The notes beneath the pieces are model-generated. The model was not told where the DNA came from and did not search any database. It saw only the letters and a list, made by a program, of their open reading frames with translations. 49,070 nucleotides of DNA from Desulfovibrio sp. (lineage in GTDB: Bacteria; Bacillota; Dethiobacteria; DTU022; UBA8154): positions 1-49,070 of the forward strand of contig JAGVAS010000167.1 of assembly GCA_020060185.1 (NCBI GenBank), read 5' to 3'. Below are positions 36,301 through 44,426 of this stretch, piece after piece. The translations under genes were made by a program, and so were the position numbers. How positions within the stretch are numbered: the first letter of the stretch is position 1; each line of letters starts with the position of its first letter.

Positions 36301-37020
36301 ATGAGCACAATAATTTTAGCTTGCCAGACGATAAAGGATGAAATGGAGCAGGCTGTTAAAGTAACAGGAATAAGCTACCCTGTAATTTTGATAGAATCGG
36401 GGTTGCATAACTATCCCGACAAGCTTCGCGTAAGAATTCAGGAGGAAATTAACCGCATTAGCAATGTTTCCACTATTATTCTGGGTTTTGGCTTTTGTGG
36501 CACATCCCTGTTGGGTATTAAATCGGAAGTTGCCAGGTTAATTATTCCTCGGGTAGAGGATTGTGTTCCTCTTCTTTTGGGTTCGGTGGAAAAGAGAAAA
36601 GAGCTCTCAAGAGAAGTAGGCACCTATTACCTTACTAAGGGATGGATTGAATATGAAAGCAGCCTCTGGAAAGAGTATCATCACTGCCTGAAAAAGTATG
36701 GTCCGGAAAAAACAGCGAGGATTATGAAAATAATGTTAAACCACTATAAGCGCCTGGTGATTATTAATACCGGTGCTTATGATTTATCTAAGTACAAAAA
36801 GGAGACTGAAGAGTTCTCGGAAGCCTTTGGATTGCAACATCTGGTTGTCGAGGGCTCATTACGCTATTTCCAAAAGCTTCTCATAGGGCCTTGGGACGAG
36901 GAGTTTTTAATTTTGCAGCCTGGTGAGGAAGTGAACCTTGATCATTTAATTGCTGAGGGGGGTGAAAATATAAAGTTTACCCAGATTACAGGTGGCTTAG
37001 GTAAAAAAAGGTTAGATTGA
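36301..37020 (+). CDS. DUF1638 domain protein
   Basis: IILACQTIKDEMEQA...YPVILIESGLHNYPDKLR...IILGFGFCGTSLLGI...IPRVEDCVPLLLGS...YYLTKGW. The start abuts the stop of the corrinoid protein gene. Confidence 0.7.
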   Translation: MSTIILACQTIKDEMEQAVKVTGISYPVILIESGLHNYPDKLRVRIQEEINRISNVSTIILGFGFCGTSLLGIKSEVARLIIPRVEDCVPLLLGSVEKRKELSREVGTYYLTKGWIEYESSLWKEYHHCLKKYGPEKTARIMKIMLNHYKRLVIINTGAYDLSKYKKETEEFSEAFGLQHLVVEGSLRYFQKLLIGPWDEEFLILQPGEEVNLDHLIAEGGENIKFTQITGGLGKKRLD

Positions 37021-37116
37021 TAATGATGAAAAAAGAAGTTGTGGAAGGATTTTACCGATAAAAGATTATGAAAATAGCCTTTTTTAAAAAAAACAAAAAA
37101 GGTGGGGGTTGTGCTA

Positions 37117-37758
37117 ATGGAGGATAACCTGGCCAGAGCATTAGGGGAGCTAAATGAAGATTTAGTTTATGAAAAAGTAAATACCTTCAAAGAAGAGGGT
37201 ATTGATCCATTGCAAATAATTGCCCAGCTTCAGGCCGGTATGAGTATTGTTGGGAAAAGGTTTGAAAGGCAGGAGTACTTTTTATCGGAACTGGTCCATT
37301 CAGCGGATATCTTTAGAAGGGCAGTGACTATTCTAGAGGATTTATTTCAAGGAATAGCTACAGCACATTATGGAGTTATGGTTATCGGAACTGTTTTTGA
37401 AGATATTCATGACATTGGAAAAAATCTGGTAACTTCATTAATGTCGTGCAATGGTTTTAAAGTCTATGATCTTGGAGTAGATGTGTCTCCGGAAAAATTT
37501 ATTAAAGCCATACAAGAATATCGACCTCAGTTTGTTGGAATATCGTGCTTGCTTACCAGCGCCTTTGATAACATGAAAAAAACCATTGAGGTTATAGAGC
37601 AGGCAGGCTTCAGGAAAACAGGAATAAAAATCCTAGTTGGTGGGGGACCTGTGGATGAAAGCGTGAGAAGTTATGTCGGAGCAGATTTCTACTGTGAAAC
37701 AGCTCAGGATACTGTAGATTTATGTAAGAAGTTAATGGGGGTGAGTGCAGGTGACTGA
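37117..37758 (+). CDS. Corrinoid (cobalamin-binding) protein 2
   Basis: MEDNLARALGELNEDLVYEKV...YFLSELVHSADIF...GTVFEDIHDIGKNLVTSLMSCNGFKVYDLGVDV. ATG at 37117 follows AAGGTGGGGG; the ORF track starts at 37102. Confidence 0.85.
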   Translation: MEDNLARALGELNEDLVYEKVNTFKEEGIDPLQIIAQLQAGMSIVGKRFERQEYFLSELVHSADIFRRAVTILEDLFQGIATAHYGVMVIGTVFEDIHDIGKNLVTSLMSCNGFKVYDLGVDVSPEKFIKAIQEYRPQFVGISCLLTSAFDNMKKTIEVIEQAGFRKTGIKILVGGGPVDESVRSYVGADFYCETAQDTVDLCKKLMGVSAGD

Positions 37759-38863
37759 ACGTGAAATGACGTCTTTTGAAAGGATTGAGGCTGCCATAAC
37801 TTTTGGTTCACCTGACAGGGTTCCCTTGTGCCCCCAGGTAGATTACATGGCGGTTCTTTTAGCCGGCAAGACATGTGCAGATTTTATAACAAGCGTTGAA
37901 ACTGCCAATGAGAGCGTCAGGGTTGCTTTTGAAAAGTTGGGAGGGTGGGACTGGCTATACCCGCCTGCAGCCAGCCTGCTTTTTGTGAAAACTTTTTTCA
38001 TGGAAGTAAAGATTCCGGGAAAAGATTTACCTGCCAACAGTATCCACCAGATTATCGAAAAACCGGTAATGTTTATGGAAGATTATGATTTCGTTATTGA
38101 AAAAGGGTACCAAGCTTACAAAGAGCTGATTTATAACCGCCTTAACAAGGAGATAGATGCTGAAGAAATAAAAACCATACTGTTCGAAATAGTTGAGAAC
38201 CATAAAAAATGGGAAGAAGCAGGTGTACCTATTCAAAAGGCAGGAACCCACTTGCTGCCTTTCGAAATTTTTTGCCTGCATCGCACTTTTGAGGAGTTTG
38301 TCAGGGATATGTACCGTATTCCTGATAAAATTATTGCTGCCGGAGATGCTATAGTTATGGATCTTATTAATGAGATTAAGAACAGCTGCCGCATTTTGAA
38401 CAACAAGGCCTTCTGGCTGGGTGTATGGAGGTCCAGCGCCTCATTTATTTCGCCCCGGCAGTTTGAAAAGTTTGTTTTTCCCCATATGAAACAGATAAGC
38501 GTGGCTCTTATTGAAGAAGGATATAGGCCTATTTTTCACCTGGATGGAGATATGACCCCGATGCTCCAATTTTTCACTGATTTTCCCAAAGGAACCTGCG
38601 TTATGGCCCTGGACGGGTGTACTGATATTCGCAAAGCTAAAAAGGTAGTGGGCGGTAACATGTGTATAATGGGAGATGTTCCTCCAACTTTGCTCTGCAT
38701 AGGAACAGAAGAAGAAGTAAGACATTACTGTAAGGCCCTCATTGATGACATCGGTCCTGGGGGAGGTTTTATCATGGGCTCCGGGTGCACGGTGCCGATA
38801 AATGCTAAATTTGAAAATTTAAAAACCATGATTGACGTTACTAAAACATATGGAAAATATTAG
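37745..38863 (+). CDS. Uroporphyrinogen-decarboxylase (URO-D) family methyltransferase (MtaA/MtvB-like, substrate:corrinoid)
   Basis: 372 aa with SFERIEAAITFGSPDRVPLCPQVDYM.. at the N-terminus, and ..PIFHLDGDMTPMLQFF.. and GGFIMGSGCTVP near the C-terminus, typical of URO-D-fold methyltransferases. It overlaps the corrinoid gene by 14 nt. Confidence 0.7.
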   Translation: MQVTEREMTSFERIEAAITFGSPDRVPLCPQVDYMAVLLAGKTCADFITSVETANESVRVAFEKLGGWDWLYPPAASLLFVKTFFMEVKIPGKDLPANSIHQIIEKPVMFMEDYDFVIEKGYQAYKELIYNRLNKEIDAEEIKTILFEIVENHKKWEEAGVPIQKAGTHLLPFEIFCLHRTFEEFVRDMYRIPDKIIAAGDAIVMDLINEIKNSCRILNNKAFWLGVWRSSASFISPRQFEKFVFPHMKQISVALIEEGYRPIFHLDGDMTPMLQFFTDFPKGTCVMALDGCTDIRKAKKVVGGNMCIMGDVPPTLLCIGTEEEVRHYCKALIDDIGPGGGFIMGSGCTVPINAKFENLKTMIDVTKTYGKY

Positions 38864-38878
38864 GAGGGAGTGATATTT

Positions 38879-39001
38879 GTGGGTTTTAACGATCCATGGA
38901 TAGGATTGGCGTACATCTTAACGGCATTGGTAACGGTTTTTAATGTAGTTTATGGGTTAATTAAAAAGAACCAGCTAGAAAAAGAAGGAGAGGAGGATTG
39001 A
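38879..39001 (+). CDS. 40-aa single-TM protein, probable symporter small accessory subunit
   Basis: GTG at 38879 lies 7 nt after GGAGGGAG. Product is VGFNDPWIGLAYILTALVTVFNVVYGLIKKNQLEKEGEED. TGA at 38999-39001 lies 1 nt before the symporter ATG. It is below the ORF-track cutoff. Confidence 0.55.
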   Translation: MGFNDPWIGLAYILTALVTVFNVVYGLIKKNQLEKEGEED

Positions 39002-39002
39002 A

Positions 39003-40583
39003 ATGGAAATACAGCTTTCTATTTTTATTCCCGTATTAATTATTTTTCTGGCTATTGTAGCTTACACAAGTTATCAGGGTCATCGTAAAACTAAAACCTC
39101 CGAAGATTACATGATCGCGGGAAGATCGGTAGGTGGCCTGGTTGCCGGCCTGTCTTATGGGGCCACATTTATTAGTACTGCAGCCATTGTTGGTTTTGGT
39201 GGTATTGCCGGGCTCTTTGGACTTAGTATTTACTGGGGTATTCTGGGTAATGTTGCTATAGCGGGTTTTGTAGCATTTATTATACTCGGTACAAAGGTGC
39301 GGCTCGTGGGGAAAAGGCTGGAAGCAGTTTCATTCGCTGATCTGCTGGCTAAAAGATATGAATCGAAATTAATTCAAGTTATTGTTGGAGCAATAATCTA
39401 CATCTTTATCCCTGCTTATACAAGCATAGTTCTTATAGGTGGTGCCCGCTTCATGGAAGGAGCTCTTAATACAAGTTTTAATTCTTCCCTGATCATTTTA
39501 TCTTTAATTGTTCTGGCTTATGTGATTTACGGTGGTTTAATTGGAGTAATGTACACTAATGCCTTTCTTGCTACAGTAATGCTCTTTTGCGCAGTTTACC
39601 TTCTTGGAGTTGTTTACGCGGTTTTAGGTGGGGTAAGCCCTGCACACCAGGTACTTTCAAGTTTATCCCATCTAGTTCCGGACAATTTAGCAGCTGCTGG
39701 CCATACAGGATGGGCATCGATGCCTGTTCTTGGTTCACCGTACTGGTGGATAGTAGTAAGTACTATTGTGTTAGGAATAACCATTGGAAGCCTGGCTCAG
39801 CCACAGCTAGTAATTAAATTTATGGCAGTAAGGAAAAAGTCCCAGCTCTATCTTGCTCTGGCTGTAGGTTCGGTATTTATTCTTTTTCTTTCTGGTGGAG
39901 CAGAAATTGTTGGAGCACTAAGCAATGTTTATTTTGTTAATAAAACAGGTAAGATTGCCATAGCTGTTGCTGGAGGCAATCCTGACTTGATTATTCCCTC
40001 GATAATCAGCTTTACAATGCCGGAATGGTTTGTATACACCTTTATGCTTGGATTGTTGGCGGCTGCCATGTCGACTGCAGGAGCATTACTGCATTTACAG
40101 GGCGTCTCTCTGGCAAGGGATGTTTATGCTCCATTAAGTACAAAAGACGTGAACTTAAAGCTTTTTTCCCAGATAGGCACATTAATTGGCCTTGCCATGG
40201 CATTGGTTCTTGGTTTTTTACTTCCACCAGGCGTAATAGCAAGATCAACAGTTTTTTGGTTCGGCCTCTGTGCCATAACATGGTTGCCAACTTATATTGG
40301 TGGGCTCTTTTGGAAAGGAGCTACCAGGGCCGGGGCATTGGCTAGCGTTCTTGTTGGCTTCGGCTTTTCCATGTTCTGGTATGTATTTATTAAAGCATCC
40401 GAGGCAGTTCCCCTTGGAATTTGTTTACTTTTAACAAGACGTCCTACTCTGCTCGGGCATCCCTGGTCCAATATGGATCCCCTGTTTATTGGTCTTCCTT
40501 TGTCTGCCCTTGTTTTTATATTAGTTTCTTTAGGAACGCCTAAACCTTCGCCTCAGATTATAGAAAAGATTTTTACTGAATAG
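39003..40583 (+). CDS. Sodium:solute symporter (SSS) family transporter
   Basis: 526 aa and about 13 TM helices. DYMIAGRSVGGLVAGLSYGATFISTAAIVGFGG is typical of the SSS N-terminal region. Confidence 0.8.
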   Translation: MEIQLSIFIPVLIIFLAIVAYTSYQGHRKTKTSEDYMIAGRSVGGLVAGLSYGATFISTAAIVGFGGIAGLFGLSIYWGILGNVAIAGFVAFIILGTKVRLVGKRLEAVSFADLLAKRYESKLIQVIVGAIIYIFIPAYTSIVLIGGARFMEGALNTSFNSSLIILSLIVLAYVIYGGLIGVMYTNAFLATVMLFCAVYLLGVVYAVLGGVSPAHQVLSSLSHLVPDNLAAAGHTGWASMPVLGSPYWWIVVSTIVLGITIGSLAQPQLVIKFMAVRKKSQLYLALAVGSVFILFLSGGAEIVGALSNVYFVNKTGKIAIAVAGGNPDLIIPSIISFTMPEWFVYTFMLGLLAAAMSTAGALLHLQGVSLARDVYAPLSTKDVNLKLFSQIGTLIGLAMALVLGFLLPPGVIARSTVFWFGLCAITWLPTYIGGLFWKGATRAGALASVLVGFGFSMFWYVFIKASEAVPLGICLLLTRRPTLLGHPWSNMDPLFIGLPLSALVFILVSLGTPKPSPQIIEKIFTE

Positions 40584-40602
40584 ATCCGGTTTAAATCGAG
40601 TT

Positions 40603-40647
40603 AGATACCGCTTTTCTAAAATATTTTGGGAGCGGTATCTTTTTTTC
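40603..40647. terminator. Rho-independent terminator between convergent genes
   Basis: agataccgct (40603-40612) pairs perfectly with agcggtatct (40631-40640), followed by TTTTTTT. Confidence 0.7.
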
Positions 40648-40700
40648 ATTGCCGGGGTTTTTGGTCAGAAAGCCTTGAACTATCTTTCTTGGAAATATAT

Positions 40701-41522
40701 TTACATTTTTTGCAGGAGGGTTGTGACCAGGACCACAAAGCGGGCACAAGGGATAAAGGTGAGCTGCCCCAGCAGGGTGCCCAGTATCTTACCGATAATG
40801 AGGTAGATTATGAGGGCGTTGAGGTCGGAAAGCCCCCTCCTGCCCACCAGGGTATGGTCGGTAATCAGGGAAGCATAGGGGTCGATAAAAAAGGTGAGGA
40901 CGATGGTGCTGAAGCCGTTAAGTATACCGGACATCTGGCTGGCTGTCAGGCGGTAATCCGGTACCAGGGCGCCGGCATATATGGCGGAGAGGACTCCCAC
41001 GGTATTTATGGAAGCAACGATGATGTAAAGAATCAGGATGCGCTTTGGTATTTTTTTCTCTCTTAAAAGGAAGAGGTGGGAGAGGCGGGGGCGCTTCAGG
41101 TTTTTCCCCAGCCTTTTGCAGGCTCTTTTCAGCAGGTGATCGGCACTGAGCATGCTTAAAACCATCCTCCCCAGGGATTCGGTCCTTTCCAGGGAGCCGA
41201 TAAGGTAGATAAAGATGCTTATAAACGTGGGGAGGAGCAGCACGGCAAGGATGCTTCCCAGAGTTGCGGAAAAGATAATCAGGCGGAAAGAATCCCTGAG
41301 CAAGGATATATTACCCAGAAGAATGACACTGTCTACGTAATAGCCAAGCAGCGGCGCCTGGATGAGGTTTGCCGTCCTGGCTACCAGGGCCACGATACTG
41401 AAGAGGGTCGCGGCGAGGTAGAGCCGTCTGGTTTTTATGCCGGCAATGCGGGCGCCGTAGGTGAGGGTTTCGACCATGTGGATGATGGCTGTCAAAAGGC
41501 ATACCATAAGGATATTGCCCAT
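40701..41522 (-). CDS. amj: Lipid II flippase Amj (DUF2837) family protein
   Basis: MGNILMVCLLTAIIHMVETLTYGARIAGIKTRRL...ARTANLIQAPLLG...IPKRILILYIIVASINTVGVLSAIYAGALVP...GILNGFSTIVLTFFIDP...GTLLGQLTFIP closely parallels B. subtilis Amj (YdaH) as I recall it. The ORF track starts at 41543 (GTG). Confidence 0.75.
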   Translation of the reverse strand: MGNILMVCLLTAIIHMVETLTYGARIAGIKTRRLYLAATLFSIVALVARTANLIQAPLLGYYVDSVILLGNISLLRDSFRLIIFSATLGSILAVLLLPTFISIFIYLIGSLERTESLGRMVLSMLSADHLLKRACKRLGKNLKRPRLSHLFLLREKKIPKRILILYIIVASINTVGVLSAIYAGALVPDYRLTASQMSGILNGFSTIVLTFFIDPYASLITDHTLVGRRGLSDLNALIIYLIIGKILGTLLGQLTFIPCARFVVLVTTLLQKM

Positions 41523-41669
41523 ACCCTGAGACCCTGCTCCCACAATAATTTTTCCCCCTGTTTTTTCCTTTCTATTATTTACTATGGGGGCCGTTCAATT
41601 ATTCATATGGTTTTTGAAAAAGGGGGTGGCGGAGGCAGTTGCTCGCTTAATGGTTCGCGGAAGCAGGTT

Positions 41670-43322
41670 TTACGGCTCTGCAGGCCTGTGGTGGAAGGCC
41701 TTCCCATTTCCATTCATTTTTTTGCGAAGATAGAGCAGGGAACCGCCTTCATAAGCGGCATAGAGGTAGTAATTTCCCAGTTCAGGCGGTTTTTGCCCCA
41801 TGATCTCCAGCCATTCGTTTCCGGCCTCGGGGGTATTTCCCCAGCGGAAGCGGTTGCTGAGCCAGATGCCCTCCACGGGGGCCAGCTTTTCCAGCTCTTT
41901 TACCTGCCCCCACTTTACCGGCATCTTTAAGGACTGGCGATCGGCGTACCAGCTCAGGATATGGCCGTCGTTGGAGATAACGACTCCTTCCGGTGATACC
42001 TGCCGGGCAACATCTGCAATGGCCGGGGCGTACTCCGCAGGCCAGTTGTGCCAGCTGTTGCTTTTGTGCCACTGCGGGGGGTTGCTGCAAAGGGCTGCCG
42101 CTACTATTCCCCCCAGCAGGGCGTGCTTAAAGGCGGGGTTTTTAAGGTAGCTTAAAAGGTGTGCTAACAGGCCCAGGGCCAGGATGATGTAGAAAGGAAG
42201 GAAAATAAAAAATAAGCGCGGAATGTAATGAATAATCAAAAGCGCTGCCAGCTGCGCCAGGAAACAGGTTGCGACCAAAAGCTTGATTTTTCTGTGCCTG
42301 GGGCTTAGAAGTCCGGGTAGAAAAAGGGCTGCCAGGAAGGAGGCGGTACCGGTAAAACCGGGATCAAGGATTCCTTTGTAGAAAGCGCTCAACCCCTCTT
42401 TAATTTTCAGGAAAAGTTCTCCGGAGTGCTGGAAAAGAAATGATCTGACATCTATGATCTGCGGCAGCATGTAAAGGGTATATGTGGGATAAGATGGGGT
42501 AAACATGGCCACTTCAAAGGACTGCAGGGAAAAAAAGGGGTTGCCCATTAAAGAATAGTTGCGCCACAGCCAGGGAAAGGTTAAAAGCAGCCACCCTCCC
42601 AGGTAAATCATTAGTTTGGGGGTCCTGTTTTTCTCCGGTGTGCTCCACCACAGGTACAGGCAGGAAAGCGGTAAAAAGACGATGGCATTGTAGCGGGCCA
42701 GGTAAAAAAGCCCGGCTGTGGCTCCTGTTAACAGAAAAAATGAATAGCCCCGCTCCGGGACCTTAAGGAGAAGGTAGACCCAGACGACCATAAAAAAAAG
42801 GGCCATGGGCTCCGTCATCCCGGAAACGCTGTAAAAAAGGGCCAGGGGGCTGAAAATGTACAGCAGGCAGCTGCAAAAGGCCACCGTTTTTCCGGCCATT
42901 TCCCTGGCAAGAAAAAAAAGGGGTAAGAGGGTTACAAGATAGAAAAAACCGCTGGCCGCCGCCACAACAGGGTCGGAGGCGGGAAAGAACCGGAAAAATC
43001 CGGCCAGGAAAAGAGGCCACAGGGGCCCTCTCCAGAGGTTGGGGTACGGCTCTCCATAGTGAACCAGGCTCAAAGGCGTGATATACCTGGAGGTAAAACC
43101 CCGCCCCAGGCTGATATTGCGTGCCATGCTGGCGTAATCCATGGCATCGTTGTAGGGAAGGGCGACAAAAGCGTTGTTATAGTAGTAGTACCAGGCACCG
43201 GTAGCTAAAAGGAGCAGGAAAAAAAATGGCAGAAAAGTTCCCGGGAAACGACTTTTTATCACGCGAGCACCAGCCTTCACCACGTCATTTTTCATATTAC
43301 CCACTACGACCCTATTAGTCAC
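41670..43322 (-). CDS. GT-C fold glycosyltransferase (family 39 / ArnT-PMT-like) with a C-terminal extracytoplasmic domain
   Basis: 550 aa. NDAMDYASMARNISLGRGF in the first loop (acidic motif), about 11 TM helices, and a ~150-aa soluble tail. High GC. Confidence 0.6.
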   Translation of the reverse strand: MTNRVVVGNMKNDVVKAGARVIKSRFPGTFLPFFFLLLLATGAWYYYYNNAFVALPYNDAMDYASMARNISLGRGFTSRYITPLSLVHYGEPYPNLWRGPLWPLFLAGFFRFFPASDPVVAAASGFFYLVTLLPLFFLAREMAGKTVAFCSCLLYIFSPLALFYSVSGMTEPMALFFMVVWVYLLLKVPERGYSFFLLTGATAGLFYLARYNAIVFLPLSCLYLWWSTPEKNRTPKLMIYLGGWLLLTFPWLWRNYSLMGNPFFSLQSFEVAMFTPSYPTYTLYMLPQIIDVRSFLFQHSGELFLKIKEGLSAFYKGILDPGFTGTASFLAALFLPGLLSPRHRKIKLLVATCFLAQLAALLIIHYIPRLFFIFLPFYIILALGLLAHLLSYLKNPAFKHALLGGIVAAALCSNPPQWHKSNSWHNWPAEYAPAIADVARQVSPEGVVISNDGHILSWYADRQSLKMPVKWGQVKELEKLAPVEGIWLSNRFRWGNTPEAGNEWLEIMGQKPPELGNYYLYAAYEGGSLLYLRKKMNGNGKAFHHRPAEP

Positions 43323-43472
43323 AACAACGGAAGAAAATGACCTTTTTTAGAAACCGTATTATGTCCCACTAACCTGTCTGTACGAACCCTTAAGCGAGCA
43401 CCAACTTTGCGCCACCTATTCTCATTCTAATGATATCAGAAATAAAGCCAGCTGTGAACTTATATGAAAGAT

Positions 43473-43510
43473 TTGACAGGTAGCTTCAAATAGATATATA
43501 ATGTATACAT
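43473..43510 (+). promoter_or_regulatory. Promoter with a palindromic operator upstream of the fourth TA locus
   Basis: TTGACA (43473-43478), 18-nt spacer, TATAAT (43497-43502). A perfect 10-bp palindrome ATGTATACAT (43501-43510) overlaps the -10. Confidence 0.55.
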
Positions 43511-43526
43511 CTAAGGAGGGAGTTAA

Positions 43527-43982
43527 ATGAGTAAAAGAACACAGATTTACCTTCCGGAAGAACTTTACTATCGCTTAAAGGAAAAATCTCAACATACTGG
43601 AAAACCCATGGCGGAATTTATAAGGGAATCACTGGAGAAATACCTGGAAGAAGATAAAAAAAACGAGCTATACCCGAACGATTCCATCTGGCAGATTACC
43701 GGAAAAGAGAAGAGCGGTGATGGCGATTTATCCACTACCCATAACAGGTATCTTTATCCCCCGGAGAAAGGAAAAATGAGGACAACTGTTAAAATTGACG
43801 AGGATCTGTTAAAGGAGGCCAGGGAAGTAGCCGGTGGCGCCTCCATTAAAGAGGTTATAAACCTTTCATTACGGAATTTTGTTAGAAGGGAAAAAATGCA
43901 CAGGCTGGCGGAAAAACTGGGCACCTATGATCTTGATCTTGATCAGGATACCCTGGAAAAGCTGCGGGATAATAATGGGTAA
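43527..43982 (+). CDS. vapB: Fusion of two antitoxin modules in one ORF: an RHH (CopG-like) antitoxin plus a VapB (MRTT..., DUF2191-like) antitoxin
   Basis: Residues 1-80, MSKRTQIYLPEELYYRLKEKSQHTGKPMAEFIRESLEKYL...DLSTTHNRYLY, are a paralog of the antitoxin at 13663. Residues 84-151 are MRTTVKIDEDLLKEAREVAGGASIKEVINLSLRNFVRREKMHRLAEKLG. The internal ATG at 43776 has its own GGAGAAAGGA. Confidence 0.65.
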   Translation: MSKRTQIYLPEELYYRLKEKSQHTGKPMAEFIRESLEKYLEEDKKNELYPNDSIWQITGKEKSGDGDLSTTHNRYLYPPEKGKMRTTVKIDEDLLKEAREVAGGASIKEVINLSLRNFVRREKMHRLAEKLGTYDLDLDQDTLEKLRDNNG

Positions 43983-44418
43983 AAGTATAATTACTAAGCC
44001 GAAATACTTGATTGATACATCGACATGGCTTTTTGCCCTTAAACCATCACCTCAGTATAAAGATATACGAGAGGAAATTTATAATCTGCTAAAGAGGGAT
44101 CTGGTGGTTATTTCTCCATTTGTTATTCTAGAGATATTAACAGGTACCAGGACAGAACAAGAATTTAATTCCCTGAAAGACGAGTTAAGTTCTTTAACCC
44201 AGTTGTTTCCTGATAGGGAGATATGGGAGACGTCTGCGCAGGCCGGTTTTAAATTGCGTCGGAAAGGCATAACTATTCCACTTGTTGACTTGCTGATTGC
44301 TGTTACAGCTAATACTCATGGTTGTATTCTCTTGCACCATGATTACCACTATCTGTTATTACAAAGTGCAGGTATTTTCTCCTTCTCAGCCAGGGCTTTG
44401 CCTGCACTTCCTGAATGA
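43975..44418 (+). CDS. vapC: PIN-domain toxin
   Basis: YLIDTSTWLFAL...VISPFVILEILTG...IPLVDLLIAVTANTHGCILLHHDYHY. The ATG at 43975 overlaps the antitoxin stop by 8 nt (ATGGGTAA). The ORF-track start at 43879 is upstream and out of context. Confidence 0.75.
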   Translation: MGKSIITKPKYLIDTSTWLFALKPSPQYKDIREEIYNLLKRDLVVISPFVILEILTGTRTEQEFNSLKDELSSLTQLFPDREIWETSAQAGFKLRRKGITIPLVDLLIAVTANTHGCILLHHDYHYLLLQSAGIFSFSARALPALPE

Positions 44419-44426
44419 TCTGATTC

